From Hamiltosporidium tvaerminnensis FI-OER-3-3 (lineage: Eukaryota > Fungi > Microsporidia): 64,000 nt of DNA. Made by a program: the position numbers and the translations under genes. The notes below the pieces were generated by a model. The model had not been told where the DNA came from. It ran no database searches and saw only the letters and a program-made list of their open reading frames with translations. Numbering within the stretch: the stretch's first letter is position 1; the number at the start of each line of letters is the position of its first letter. Location of the stretch: NCBI GenBank assembly GCA_022605425.2, contig JAKIMF020000007.1, positions 558,001-622,000 of the forward strand. The letters are read 5' to 3'. This document shows positions 12,601 to 26,541 of this stretch, piece after piece.

Positions 12601-15439
12601 CTATTTTAGGGCAATTATGTACGCTATTAAATAGATTATGCCGGCTTTTTATTTGAAATTATCAGAAAAATAGGTATCTTAAGGCTCAGATGAAGTTCTC
12701 TGAACCTATTTCTTAATGTAAAATCAGAATTTCGTAAATGTCATAAAAATTATAACCTATGCCAATTTCAAAAATATTTAATATTATACAATAAACTATC
12801 AAACTATAATTCTTTATAACAGGTTTTCATTGCTAAAGTATATTTATATACTATTAGCTCGAGCTGCGCGTTTTTAAAAGAAAGAAACTCCAAGGATCAG
12901 AAAATTAAGAAAGTAGGTGAATTTTTCCTTTAATATTTTTTATCAGTTCATTCAAGGACTTGAATATACAATATTTTTTAGGGGGTTTTTCTGGTCTGTA
13001 AACGAATAAATCGGCAAGTTAGTCTACGCATGAAGTGATACAAATAGTTTTCTACGCTTGACTTACATATTTATCAAATCTATCCAAATAATTCAACGAT
13101 TGAATGTTGATTTGATAATTTTCATTACAAAAGCTATACCAAGGGAAATAGTAAACGTGTAAATATGTATGTGAAATATGTTGAAACCATTAGATTGCGC
13201 AGTAACTGAACACTTCTTCTTTGAAATTCCATTCAACATTGAGGCCTCAATGAGATTTTTGAAATTATTTTTACTGAAAGTCTCGCATGATACAGATTTG
13301 TAGTGAATTTATGTCGTAGAAAAAATAATGGCACGTCATTTTAAAAAATCTAATTCGCAGGAATACCTGGGAAATCGGATGAAACTAAGGAAAGGGTTTT
13401 GTAAGCAACAACTTTTCTTATTTGATTATGGTATCGATGACCTATCTGTTTTCGCTTCGCTGGTATTCGAATTCGTATTTTAAATTTTATACTGCTAAAT
13501 TATCTTTAGCAGAAGCATGTATAAGACCTGCTATGTGTTTCTGCTTATTATCGTATTTTACAGTTATAATTTGCAAGAGGTTTGAAATAAATTTGTCTTA
13601 AATAAAGATATCATATCAAAAGTTTCTGGAAATGTGATAATATGTGCGAACGAATAATCTATCTTTATGCTTGTGACATCTAGCAGTGCTTTGTGAAACG
13701 TTGGTTAATGCGTTATTTTTTTACTCTCAGTCGCATTTTAGTGATTAAAGTCCATTCCTTACATTACTTCATAAAACGATTATTTTTGACATGCCTTAAG
13801 TTTATAAACATGTATAAAATGCGAATTACTGGCAGAAAATGGAAAAATCACACTACTCTAAAATTTATTGCCCATGAAAAAGGTGCAAATTTACTCTCAA
13901 TCTTGCATTGTATGATCAAACGCATCCAATGTTTTTTTTGTTATATTGTGTTTTTATTTCATATATTAAGTTATATATTTAGGAAACATTTAAGGCAAAG
14001 AAAAATTTTAGTGATCTTGTGGGTTGGCGCCCTAATGACTTGAAAATCCCATCTTATTTTAAGGCAAAATTTTTCTCCTTACCCTCTATATAAAATTTTT
14101 CCGCTTTCCTTGAAAAAGAAAGAAAGGAGATAGATTAAAGATTAAAAATAAATCATCGTTCCTTTAATATTACCTATATGTTTCTAACACCCATTTAAAC
14201 GATTACTTCCTCAGAAGTAATACCCCATTCCTATTTATTCATTTACTTATATCCCCTAATCTAGTATATTAATTTAATAACATTCTATAGAAGACTATTC
14301 CTATTTGCTGTCTTTAACGACTACGCTATATTTAACGGCCTTTAACGTACGCCTTTCTATCTTAAAACCTTTTTAAATCACCACACTGATTTCAACACTT
14401 TTTAGTAACAATAACTTAATAAACGCCTTTAGTTAATATACATTGATAATCAAAAATAGACTCCAATATTCCCATTCATGCAATATTCCCACATACATAT
14501 TTATATTTGTTATATATAGACATATAAAAAAACAAATCTAAACAAATAATAAAAATTTGAACTTTGGTTTTGGGTTAACAATTAATCAATCATTTTCCTT
14601 TGAATAGCTTCGATTTCAATGTATTACTGTTATTCATAGTTTTTTTTAATTGAATGTTTTGAATTCTTATTGAAATGAAATTCCAGTCCAAAATGTTCCC
14701 TCTGTCTAATACGCCTCATTATTTCAATATACTTTTTAATTTCAGTAACACTCTTTATTTTTATACATTTCTATTATTGCCATGCATTTATGTTCTATTT
14801 ATTACATTTTAATCCAATAAACTTCTTAAAATCACATTCTATTCTAATATTTGACTATAAATACCATCTTAATGATTTCTTTCTGTACGATAAATTAGGA
14901 TGTGTAAAATGAAATTAGTCTGATAAATTTACCAATAATCTTTCTACCTCTATTCTTTGCAGTTTTGTGTTTTTGCATTGCTAAATTTGCAAAATTAAAA
15001 TATATTGTTCCTCTGGATACCAGAACTGCAGATAATACACAATCTATAAATATTTTTATAGATTTCAGATTTCATTTCTTTCTTTGCTTTTTAAATATTC
15101 CTTTCATATATAAATCAATCTATAGTATCTACAGGGCCAAAGAATGTAAATTCTAAAACAGAAAAGATAAAAACCGGAAACTATCCCCTGGTTGCATAGA
15201 TTTTGGATTAGAGATAAAAATGATTAGAATTGCTTAATTCTCAGTATAATCTAGACATACCCAAACATCTTTAGATTTTTGAATTACTGAAAAGATTAAA
15301 TAGTCTGTCGAACCTTTGCAAATTCTGGTGAAAAATTGAGTTCACAGCGGTAATGCCTTCTGATAGCGGTAGATGCTTGGAAATCTACTTTTTAAAACGT
15401 TTTGGCCGAGTTGATTATTAAGCTTATACAGAATGCTGG

Positions 15440-16550
15440 TTACATACTTACTTAATGCATTGCGGCTCATTAATATTTCTAATTTTATTAATAATAACTC
15501 CCATCTGTCACGATCAAGCGCCTATATTCTCTATTCGTTTATACCAAGTTACTGTAATCTTTTTTTATTACCGTTAAGCCAATAGTTTTGGGCGACTATG
15601 AAGCATTTGACCTTCTAGATCATACATATACTCTTTTCAATGCTTCGCTTTCATGCATTCGTTAAAAATGATTAGCTATCTGAGCCTATTTCTTTATTAT
15701 CGTTGAGAAATCTTGCATATCGATATAAATTTTAGAGCTCGAAGATGGTAAAATTTTTCATTCTCATTGCTAGTTTCTAGTTAATTTGTATATTCTCCGT
15801 AGAATTCTTCGTTCCTATGTGTCCAGTATCGCTTCATTTCTTTTGCAAATACCAGTATTTTCAGCTATACCTCCCCATAGGTCTAAGAATGGTTCTATAT
15901 GTTGTTTTCTTGCTCATCTTGGTCAAAGTAGGGATTTTAGGATCTCTTGCTAGTCAAATCGGCCATTATTTCCAGCTTTAATTCTCTCTTTATATTTCCG
16001 CATTATTGTCATTATTATTCATCAGAAGCAATCCTAGATGAGGAAAAGAGGCTATACTCGCATAGCCGTATCCTTTACTTGAAAACAAAGTGGAATATTT
16101 TCCTGCTTCCTCAAGGCCATCATATACTTTGTTTTATTTTCATTAATATAAAAACATGTTTTTCTCGTTTCCTGTTTGATCTTCCTGGCATGATCTCGAA
16201 GGTCGTCTACTTTTTTTATTATGATATCATGTCATCGGCATAGCCTAAAAAGTCTACTCCTCTGTTGTACAGATATTCTTGCGGAACATTATGTACTTTT
16301 ATTAAAGCCTTTTCGAGCGAATACAAAAAAACATACAAGAAACCGCACCTCTTTGTCACAAACACGACACATTTTGAACCCCCCCCCCCCGAAAATTTTC
16401 TTGCTCACAAATTCTACTCTTTGTCTTTCTTCAGATATTCAGATGAAGTTTACAATTTTCTTGAGAATCTGCAATTCTGATAATGTTTCATTAAGAAGGT
16501 TTCGATTAACACTATCATATGCTTGTCTATAGTCAACTAAAATCTGCAAA
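15440..16550 (-). mobile_element. Decayed RTE-clade non-LTR retrotransposon (RT domain to 3' end)
   Basis: Minus-strand translation across stops and frameshifts gives RTE RT motifs in order: ILVDYRQAYDSVNR, ~GAVSCMFF..LEKA, FLGYADD (~16231-16251), INENKTKYM, RIKAGN, YRTILRP, ERRILRRIY, ALDRDRW. Ends GAGCCGC..TAAGTAAGTATGTAA. Confidence 0.85.
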
Positions 16551-17509
16551 GGAATATACAAAGCTTTAAAGAGTTTATTTTTTTAAAAAAAATGTATAAT
16601 CGTTATTAAGACCTAAAAAACTTTAAAAAATGCAACAGCAGTCATACTATTGCGAAAAAGAACGTTTGATGTGTTATAAAAGTTATTTCTACGCTCAAAT
16701 TTATTGGCACTAAGAATATGTTCTGCTAATATACAACGACTTAGGCTTTAAACAGGTTGCCTGGCTAGCAAACTGTAATCATGATTATAAGAATTATCTT
16801 TTATATTTTACTATTAATTTTGATTCCTTTACATCATTTAAATTTATTTTGTCTTTATGATAATTATTTTTTAATCAAAAAAATCGTAAGTTAGAAATAT
16901 GAAAATGAAATCATTTAATACATCTTATTGAATCTTTCTGATTCTTGATTTATTTTTAATGCCTTTTTCTTTTGTTTATTTGACCATTTATTTTATTTTT
17001 TATATTTTGAGTCAATGCATTGATTTCGATCTTTTTGTATATACTTTAGGGTTCATTATTTTTGTTATTTGCATCCTTGCCATTTCACACCTCAGAGCGC
17101 AGTTTTTGCTGTGAAAGAATGTATTTTGCGGCTTTTTTATTTAAATCGTTGACTTTCACAAATTCCCATTGGTATTTTTTTCAGGACTCTAAACGAATTC
17201 TTTAATTGTAAAAAAAAGTTCTGATTATTTTATTGTTTATTATAGACTATATGGATTCCTTTATTATTAGCAGATTTACAATCTATTATAAATATCGTAT
17301 ATTATTTAGATATATATCATCCCGGTTCATTATTTATGAGATTATATCCATTCCAAACGTATAAATACGACACAATTTATTTTGAAATAATTCGTCGATG
17401 GAAGTTATAAATATATATAACTTCAATATCGATAAAATTTTGATTATTAAAAATATATTTCTAATAAACAGGTTATTTACAATTTTTGGGTTATCTTGGT
17501 TTTTCTTAA

Positions 17510-17729
17510 TTTCTCATTATTTCATTTCTCTTTTAACTTTCAATGAGGAGAATACATAAATGAAAGTTTTCCATCTGTTTTCTTTTAATTTGTTGTAATT
17601 TGTAATAAAGGAGATCGACCTATAGATCCCGTGTGGTTTATATTCCACCAAAATGACCGCAATGATTTTTATACGAATTGCCTTTCCATTGCCAAGCAGT
17701 TATGTTTTAATATGGCTATCCTCACTTCA
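17510..17729 (-). mobile_element. Family B SINE-like element, decayed copy
   Basis: Reverse complement has GAGGATAGCCATATTAAAAC..CTGCTTGGCAATG, GGTGGAATATAAACCACACGGGATCTATAGGTCGATCTCC and ATTAAAAGAAAAC, matching 35396-35622. Confidence 0.75.
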
Positions 17730-18240
17730 TTTTTAGGTTTTCTAAGGATTAATTATATGATTTTAAAAGAATAAAAATGTTACCTCAGACTTATCATTTA
17801 AATGAATTTTTAAATAAGATAAGAAATAGCCTTTCACAGTAAAATACAATTAAAATAAATTGTTCAAAATTTATTAGCAAAATTATTCATCATTGCTTTA
17901 AAAAATAAAGGTACTGTTTAATTTCTAGATTTGAAAACCTAGATTCCAATATTATTCTGCGAATAAACAAACCGAATCATTTAAAATTTTTCTAGAAATA
18001 TTATATTAGAGTCGGGATTTTACCATATTAGCTGCAGATACTTTATTTATTACCGAAATGTTATTTTGTGAATAAATATTTACTTAATTCGAGTAATTGA
18101 ATTATTTTCAAGAATTATTGAATATATGTTTAAATACATATGAACTGACCCAGTTATAACATTGTTAATGAAGTTAATATGTTATGTATTTAAATAAAAA
18201 ATTAAAAAATAAAAATAAATTTTAGATGAAATATAGAAGT

Positions 18241-20578
18241 TTATATCCAATAATACCTTCTTATACCACGAATATAATTTTCAAGCACAAATCCCAATTC
18301 AAAAAAATACTTTTGCAAATTCTCAGAAAGATCATTTACCTCCGATTCATAATTATTAGTAATTTTCACTCTTATTTTACTTTCTTCAAAATCCGAAGCA
18401 GTGAAGCACAACATATCATCACCGAAAACACAATCGTCAAATGTAATTTGCTTTATGTTTTTAAGGAAAGTAAACACTCGAAATCGATCCTATTGATAAA
18501 AAATCTTTACAAACTATATTTTCAGGTATAATTTCATTTTTAAAGTTTGAAAAATCCAAAACACTCGGAAAAAAACTTATTGAGTGATTCTTAACAACCA
18601 AAGATTTGAAATTTTTTAGATTTTCAATCTAAAATTTTTCTGTGGATTCTTTTGTCAAATCAATTAATACGAGTTTCTCTGTGACTTACAAGAATCACTA
18701 GAAACAATCCTGTTTGCAAAAGCAAAATCAACGGTTGAAAAAATCAACAATTCCTCAGTTCTCCGTCGATGCTTCTAAGACATATTTCGCCATTAAAATT
18801 TTTATCGAAATTATTAAATATTTTCATAAAATCATTTTTAAAAATATGGTTTTCTATTTCCTCTATGAACGCCGTATAAATCTTAAAATTTATCAATATA
18901 TTTGTATTACACGAAAGAATATCTAAAATATTTAAAAACATCCCATTGTGCTCAAATTTATTATCAGTTAAATCAATATATGTTATAGCAGTTTCTCTGA
19001 TGTTTTTCAAGAGCTCACCATTAAATTGCAAACAATTATATTTCTCGTTTAAGGTTTTAAGATATGGCAATTAATGGCAACAATCAAGAATTTTCTCGGA
19101 AACTATTGACCGATGTATTTCTAAACATACAATTTTAAGACTTTTAGGAATGAATATAACTAATTCTCTTCTTTTACATTCACAAAATTAATACTTATCT
19201 CGATATTCTTAAATAAATTTTCTAAAGAATTAACAATGTCATCGGCTAAAACATATTTCTCAAGACAACAGATTTTTAAACTTTCAATATCATTTTGAAA
19301 CCTTAAAAAGTAAGGATGCGCGCAATCACTATAATCATAAAAATTATTGTTAAAATTTATCACTTCCGATGAAATAATTTTATTTACTTTCAGCTTCGAT
19401 GCTTGAATTCGTATTTTAGTATCCCACTTTTTGCAATATAAATGAATAAGTTGACAAATTGACAGATAATTAATGAAACAATATTCCATATTACTCGTAA
19501 AAACGAACTCTTATCCTCTTTGTAAACTACATTCAACAAAAGTAATTTTTTTTAGATTTGGAAATTGATCTCGATCTTCTAAAAGAGTAAGTTGATCTAG
19601 ATTATAGCCAGCATTTATAGAAGTAATTTCTTCAATAGAATGACTTATGAATTCAAAGAACGGAATCTCGGTGAAATTCTGTAAAATATAAGTATGTATG
19701 ATAACTTTTCGTATTTTTAGTATTCGAAAAAATACTCCAGAGATATTTTCCAAGAAAGTATTACCAACTATTCGTAGTATTTTACTAATTGGATCCGAAC
19801 ATGAAATATATAGAGATTCGGTAATACTTTCTTGGAAAATCTTTCGATGTTTTTGCAAAGTATCATCATAACTTATATCTTGTAAAAAAAGTCTTCTGTA
19901 TATTTCCTCTGCATTATATATTTTTAAAAAAACCTTGATATTATACTTCTTTAGATTTTGACTAATCTGATTTATTTTTTGGTTCGAAATAAAATCAAAA
20001 TTTAAATATATATCAATCAGGTCTTCCTTACATATTGAATAAATTAAGAACGTTTTTACCAATTTATAAAAATTTAAGTTGTAAATTGGTTCAACAAAAT
20101 CAATTATTCATAAAATGTCAATGAAATTTTCAAGTGTTAGTCCTACCTAATTAAAACCATGTTTACCTTGCAAAAAACCATAAAAAATTTTCCATTCGGC
20201 ATATTTAATATCTCCCATGTCTAGAAATCTCTGATTCTCCGATAATTCTATTGATTTCTCGATTTTTCGAAAAGTTGAAACCAAATTCAAAGTATTTTTA
20301 TTTATATAACCTATATCGGAAAATTCAGAACTGTGATACCGAGATATATATGTTGTACTATTAAAATATTCTCTGGATAGTGCAAAGCCTGATAGGTCAA
20401 GTTGAAAAAAATCATTCATATTCTCGGAAGTAGACATTTCATCCTTTTTAAAACAAAGATAAAGATCGGAAGTTGGTGGTACCATAGAACCATAGATTAG
20501 TGTAGATCTATATATCTTATAAAATATATATAGAATAGCGAAAAGATTGCTTGGTATTCTCATTATTATTAGATTCAT
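18241..20578 (-). pseudogene. Fragmented LRR-type family gene, paralog 1 (MNLIIMRIP family)
   Basis: Chain of minus-strand ORFs (20578-20147, 20062-19511, 19489-19160, 19070-18744, 18477-18241) broken by stops and frameshifts. Near-identical to 53644-55935. Hydrophobic N-terminus; CCC motif upstream. Confidence 0.8.
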
Positions 20579-21599
20579 TTTTAAGAGATTTGGGGAAAAT
20601 GTTAATGAGTAGATAAATTAAATCTAAAATAGTTAATTTTTTTAATTTAAAGAAAAAATATCAATTGTGACAAGATTAAATGGATCAAAATCACGTAAAA
20701 CTTTGATCAAATAGATGAAAAAAAATATAAATGTCAAAAAAATCAAAGGTTTACTTTATCAAAAACATACAAAATTTTAGTAAAATAAATTCTACACAAT
20801 AAACGAATAATTTCTGATTCACTACATAAATTAACTTACTATGTTTTATTATAATTATGTATATATAAATTATAATATGATGCTAATATTTACATTCAGT
20901 GCTTAACGGTATATTAATTTTAATTTTTAGTATGTATTATATTGACTAGTTTTAGGAATTATATTGCAATTCGGATCACTAATAGCATTATTATGTAAAT
21001 AAGTGCTCGAATTAACAATTTTATTGAATAGGCATGGTGTTGCAATTATTTACATTAAGAAGTAAATAATTATTGACAAATGTTTGAATCACATGTCAAA
21101 ATCATCTAAAACCAGGTATTCGAACCACTAGAGTAATCAGTATTCGACAAAGTTTTTTAAACTAATATAAATTATTTGTTTCAATTTCATTAAATACTGA
21201 TATATTGTATTTCGAAAAATGATGCATTAGATTTATGAAAAAAACCAAATTCTTTTACTCACAAGTCTCTTTGTATTATTCTTTGAATAAACATGGTAGA
21301 TATTACATTGATACGATTATATTGGCTTACTTTGTAATACAACGAAAACTATGAAAAGAAAACATATACACTATCAAAAAAAATTCCCATAAATTTAATT
21401 TTGAAAACAGATTATATTTTCCTAAAAAAATGGATTTGATATCTATGGTAAGAGAAAATGGCTGTTATTCCCTCCCCCCATATTTACGTAATTATACAGA
21501 ATGAAACATCTTAGAATGCCTATCATAACCAAGTTTATTTTAGATATTTTTTAAATGCTAGGAATATTTTATTTAATAAAATTCTTGGGTAACAGATTC

Positions 21600-22060
21600 T
21601 CTCGCTTTTAAATAAGTTTTTCTTGCAATCTTAGCCATTACACTTCCTACGTCTAAATCCGATTCTTTATTCATGTATATTTTCGGTTCTTTATTGTGAT
21701 TAAGCTATCTAAAATAAGCAATAAAAAATGTTTTTCTATTTCTTATTAGGCACCATCTTCCTTGTTGTCTACTTGCTTGAAGGGGTTGTTTTTTATGAAC
21801 CTTGGCTAACTAATAAAACTCAATGAAGATCTCTCGCAGGAGCTCTTTTCGGAATTTGGTCTCGAATCAAGTCGTCTTCGTCGATCAAAGGAAATCGTTT
21901 TTACAGTCTTTTTAAGTACAAACGACTGAAGATAGGTCCTAACATTTATAGGTATTTGCAGTCTTTTGATGTATTACTTATGCTATTTTGTCATATAACT
22001 GCTCCGGATCTTCATATAAAGGATTATCTCAACATATTCAAAGATTCATAGACCTAAATT
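21600..22060 (-). mobile_element. 3' fragment of RLE-type non-LTR retrotransposon
   Basis: Minus strand reads ~VEIILYMK..KRLQIPINV..YLQSFVLKKTVKTISFDRRR, homologous to 43000-43400 and 45110-45530. Confidence 0.65.
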
Positions 22061-22421
22061 TATTAAAAATTAACAGATGACGAAATACCAAGATAAAAAG
22101 TAAATCATATGAATTCATAAACCTAATAAATGCAAAAAGCCTTTGAAATGAAGAAAACTGTATTAGGTGGATTACAAAAGACATTCATTCAAATTTTCAT
22201 GCACCCAAGCGAAAAAATATATTCGGTCGGGATGCAAAGCGGGCGCTGATTATTCCAAAGATAAATGATATGAATACTTCATAAGATTCGGCACTTGCCC
22301 TAGGCTTAATATAAGAAAATATTAAACAATATCTAATTAGCGAACCGATATTTATATTAGATATAGCAAATCTTATATATTCAATTAGAAAAAAACAAAT
22401 AATTCTATATAAACGCGTTAG

Positions 22422-23140
22422 GGTGTAGGGAGAATAACAACATAAAAAAACATTTGCTTGGGACGGAATAAGTGAAATTGGTGTGGAAGATTATTGTTTG
22501 CATTTTTAGTGGGAATGAAAATACACTAGATTTTCGGCTGTTCCATGAAAGTTTGTAGAAGAAGAACGAGTTCAACGAAATGACGAAATCTTTTCTAAAT
22601 ATATTTTGATGTTTTTTTTAACTAGATCGCAGTTTGCAGGTGAAATTTGGAAATCGCCATGTAAAAGCACAGAAACCTGGTCTTTCTCATCCATTTAGAC
22701 AACATAGCGTCCAAGATAGAAAAATATAAACCATCAATGCTGGAAAACCTAGGTTGAAAAATATTACCTTTTGGTATGGCTTTGCAAATTCCGGTTTATT
22801 CATGTAAGATGCCAAAATAAATCTTATGTAGAAGTTTATTAAGATCAGAAAGTGTTGAATAAGCAGGTATGATGCATAGTTTTGCAGGTGTCCAAGATGG
22901 ATTCGACCTACGATAACACGCTATGCAACTGGTATAAACGAACTTCGGGAAATATCTTCGCTTATTAATTGAGTTATATCCACCTTTTAGATGAAATTAT
23001 TAGAGATCTAGGCTGCGTCGTAAAAGGCACCTATGGGATGTTGGGGAGAAGTATTTTTTGTAAAACTTGAACAGCTTTAATATTACAAAAAAAATAAAAA
23101 CTCGCAACTATTTCAAATAGATGTTAGATTTTTAAATCAA
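22422..23140 (+). mobile_element. Family A SINE-like element, near full length, decayed
   Basis: Head GTGTAGGGAGAATAACAACATAAAAAAAC, then GTGAAATTGGTGTG, GTGGGAATGAAA, CTAGATTTTCGGCTGTTCCATG, GCCATGTAAAAGCA, ATGCAAC..ATAAACGAACT, and tail TAGATGTTAGATTTTTAAAT. Confidence 0.8.
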
Positions 23141-26100
23141 ACCTCTAAATAATCGTTAGAAAGAGCGATTAGAATAACTATCGATCAAAATAGAGATATG
23201 TAATTATATTAGTTTACAAAAAATACAAGTCAAGTATAAAAATATGCCAGCGTATATAATAGTAAAGATTAGGTTTAAATCGCAAGCATTTATATTTTTC
23301 TTTAATTTCCTGAAATAAAATTTTAGCTGGTATAAATATTTTTTGTTCAATTTTAAGTTAATACTTAAGCTTAGTCAAAAGTCAAAATCTTTAATATTAT
23401 AATTAAAATAGTGAACATTACAATATATTCAGCACTTTTCTATAAAGAAAGTATCATATATAGCGTTTAGAACAGAGCAAAGGTACTAAGAATATGGACC
23501 ATGAGTTGTATTTTTTTCGGCAGTGCAAATTCTATACTATCTCGCGGCTGGTCTTTTTCCCGGACATTATTATTCAGTACACTCTGATATAAGTTATCTT
23601 GTGAGTATTTGGCTCCTTCTCATGTATGTTGTTCTCGTATATAGTTCTTTTCTGTATTGTAAAGTAAGGAATTTCCTTTTTTCGTTGGGAAATATTTGCA
23701 ATTATCAAAAAACTACTCTAAATTCTATGATGAGTAAAAAATATGCTTTTTGATTTAATTTTTTTATTCAAAATTTGAGTAGGTGCAGGCGTCTTAACAC
23801 AGAAATAAGGCAATTTTTTGTATGTAAAGTAATAATGTAGAACAACTTAGCTTTCCCATGCCTTTCCGATTCGAAATTTCATATTTTCGCTCTATCTCTA
23901 AATTGAAAAAAAACATCCTTGTAACAGCTATTGTCAGGTTTAAGAAAAGGGAAATGCGAAACTTGAAAATTTAAATAGATTCATAAAACAGAGTTTTTTG
24001 CTTTTCTTTAAAAAAATAACCTAGAAAAACATTTCATTGAGTTTGATAGATCCTGAAAACAGCGAAACAGCTCTATATGGTTACATCAAATATCAACTCC
24101 TACTAAAATTTTCTTCTACATTTGAGTAAATTTCATTGCGAGCAGAGTTTTTTTCAAGAACTTCGCAATGAGATATAGACCATTAAGTTTCCTTCTATTC
24201 AAACGAAACGTATTATCTTACCATGGTAAAATTCTGTAAAATACTTTCTATAAGTTTCTTCGAAGTATTTACGTATTATGCCGGTGTTTAATTTAAACAA
24301 AAAGGGAATTTTTTCGAAATGAATGTCTTTTACGACAGTTATTCGTAAAGATGAAACTAGGCTTCTGTCTTAATAGGCGATCAAACATCGTTGTTTTAAA
24401 AATTTTCTATAGCGCGAAAGATTTTTCGCTCAATAAAGCTTTTCTTTTTACTAATTTGGGATCTGAGAGTTCTTAAGAAAATAAACAAAGTTGCTGCTTT
24501 TAGACTTAATGTACAAAAAAATGTCAATAGTTGAGATTCTGGCTTTTTTTGAGTTACAGAGTACTTTATTTTATAGTCAAGTTTGATTCCAAGAAGTATG
24601 GACAAAAATTTGGCATATTTTTGTTGCTTAACTATAATATATCATACGGAATATTTAGCATTCGATAACAAAGGGAACAACTTTTTTATTCAGAATATTA
24701 AATTCATAATTCAACGCAATCAAGATCTCATCGGGCTTTAAAATGACGTATTTGCAAAGAACTTTAATAGCCAGTCAAAACCAAAATCAGCAAAAACCCT
24801 TTTTAAGATGCAATTCTGACATAATTATTTTATCAAAATCTGTCCGAAACACATCAAGACTGATTTACAAGAAATATTCACAGATCAAGATAAATACAAC
24901 TTAAATAAGCTGTTAGTGCAGAATTCCTCAAATCAAAAGAATGATCTCAAAAAAAGGTCAGAAACTCTGCGAAGGATAAAACCCAAGACTACTATAATAT
25001 CAAAAAAAAAATAGGATATAAACTTTATGACATATTGGAAAATTTCGAGACTTCAGATTCTGATGATATGCGAATTTGATGAACAAACCAAGTCTGAATA
25101 TCCAGAGAAGAAAAAAAACTCACAATGGTTCATGGGAATAATATTAGATAGGTTTCTTATTAGCTTTTCTAAAAATTTAAAAGACTAAGTAAATCTAGAT
25201 AAGATTTAGCATGCCATCTTCGATAGAACAGGTACTACAGTTTTCGAATTCCTCTGTTTAAGCAGTCAGTTTCAAATGACTTTCATCATCACATGCAAGA
25301 ATGCAGCCGGCAAACACTAAAACACAACGTATCTAATACGTGCCCTTAGAAATTCTGTTAAATCCGACCTTTCAAGCTAAAGCCAGCGAAATACTACCGC
25401 GGTACATTTTTAAGTCATTTCATAAATTTTTAATGCCAAAAAAAAGATTTTAATGTTTAAATTGTTATAGACACTGTAAATCAGATAATATTTAACCAAC
25501 AAATGATAATTATAACTTCCAATATGGTTCATTTTCTTTATTTTACCTAGAAATATAGAATATGGGTGGAATGGTAGCCATGTGGTTTTTTGAGTTTAAG
25601 AAAGTACAAAAATAATAAAAATGTATTTAAAATTTGTAAATAGCTTAATATGCTTAAAGAAAAAAATTTCCCATTTCGTGGTAATTTAAGGAACCAACTC
25701 ATTTATCAACTAAAGTTACTGATATTAACGAATTTTAGTCATATAAAACACTTTTTATGAATTTCCTAGATTAAATCTTCCATATTTCTCATAAAAAGGC
25801 CGATTTACAAAAAAAATCTATCCAATAAATTTGATTTCAAAGGCAATATTACGCATTAAGATTTTTGTTTTCAAAATTTTTATTCCTAAGTCAGAATGCT
25901 ACATCTTTTGTATCACCACTTACTCATTAAACTTTTATGTATATTAGAAACAGAATTTCTAGATTATTTTATTCTTCCAACTCTTTTCGGTAATAAAACG
26001 TAGCAAGAACGTGCCTATAACTTTACTCTACAAATATTAAGATTTGATAGTATCACTATCAATTTAGTTTTATAAGGCTAAAGTAAATAAAAGAAACTAG

Positions 26101-26541
26101 GATTGGTTTTAAGATTTTAATGTATATATATTTGTAGAAGAATGATATATTTCATTAAAAATATGATTTTAAGTTCATAATAAATATATCGTTTTAGTTA
26201 TACATCTAGAGTGTTTTGAACTTAAAAAATTGGAATTAAATGTGGTTTTTTGTACTTTCCTGTACAAAAGGTTAATACTATTTTTATCTGGTCTATTTTC
26301 ATTTTTCTACTGTGTGTCTCTAATAATTCATTTTACATAAAATTCAAAGGCTAACAATTGAAAAAAAGCCAGAAAACTCATAAGAAATGAAAAAATCGCA
26401 AAATCTAATGAAAAAAAATCATAAAACATTTAATGAACTAAAAAAAGCCTTAAAAACGAGCATTTCCTAAACTAATCATAAAAATATATTAAGATTTTTT
26501 ATAGACCTAAAACAACAATAAATTACATTTTTTTAAAAAAA

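Noticed and set aside
19280-19489. Diversity-generating retroelement explanation for the variable cassette
   Set aside because: Differences involve all four bases and many synonymous sites, not adenine-specific changes; no DGR-type RT nearby.
24000-25400. Protein-like decayed sequence (also 12850-13700 and 1700-2200)
   Set aside because: Probably old TE or gene debris, but no identifiable motif by eye.
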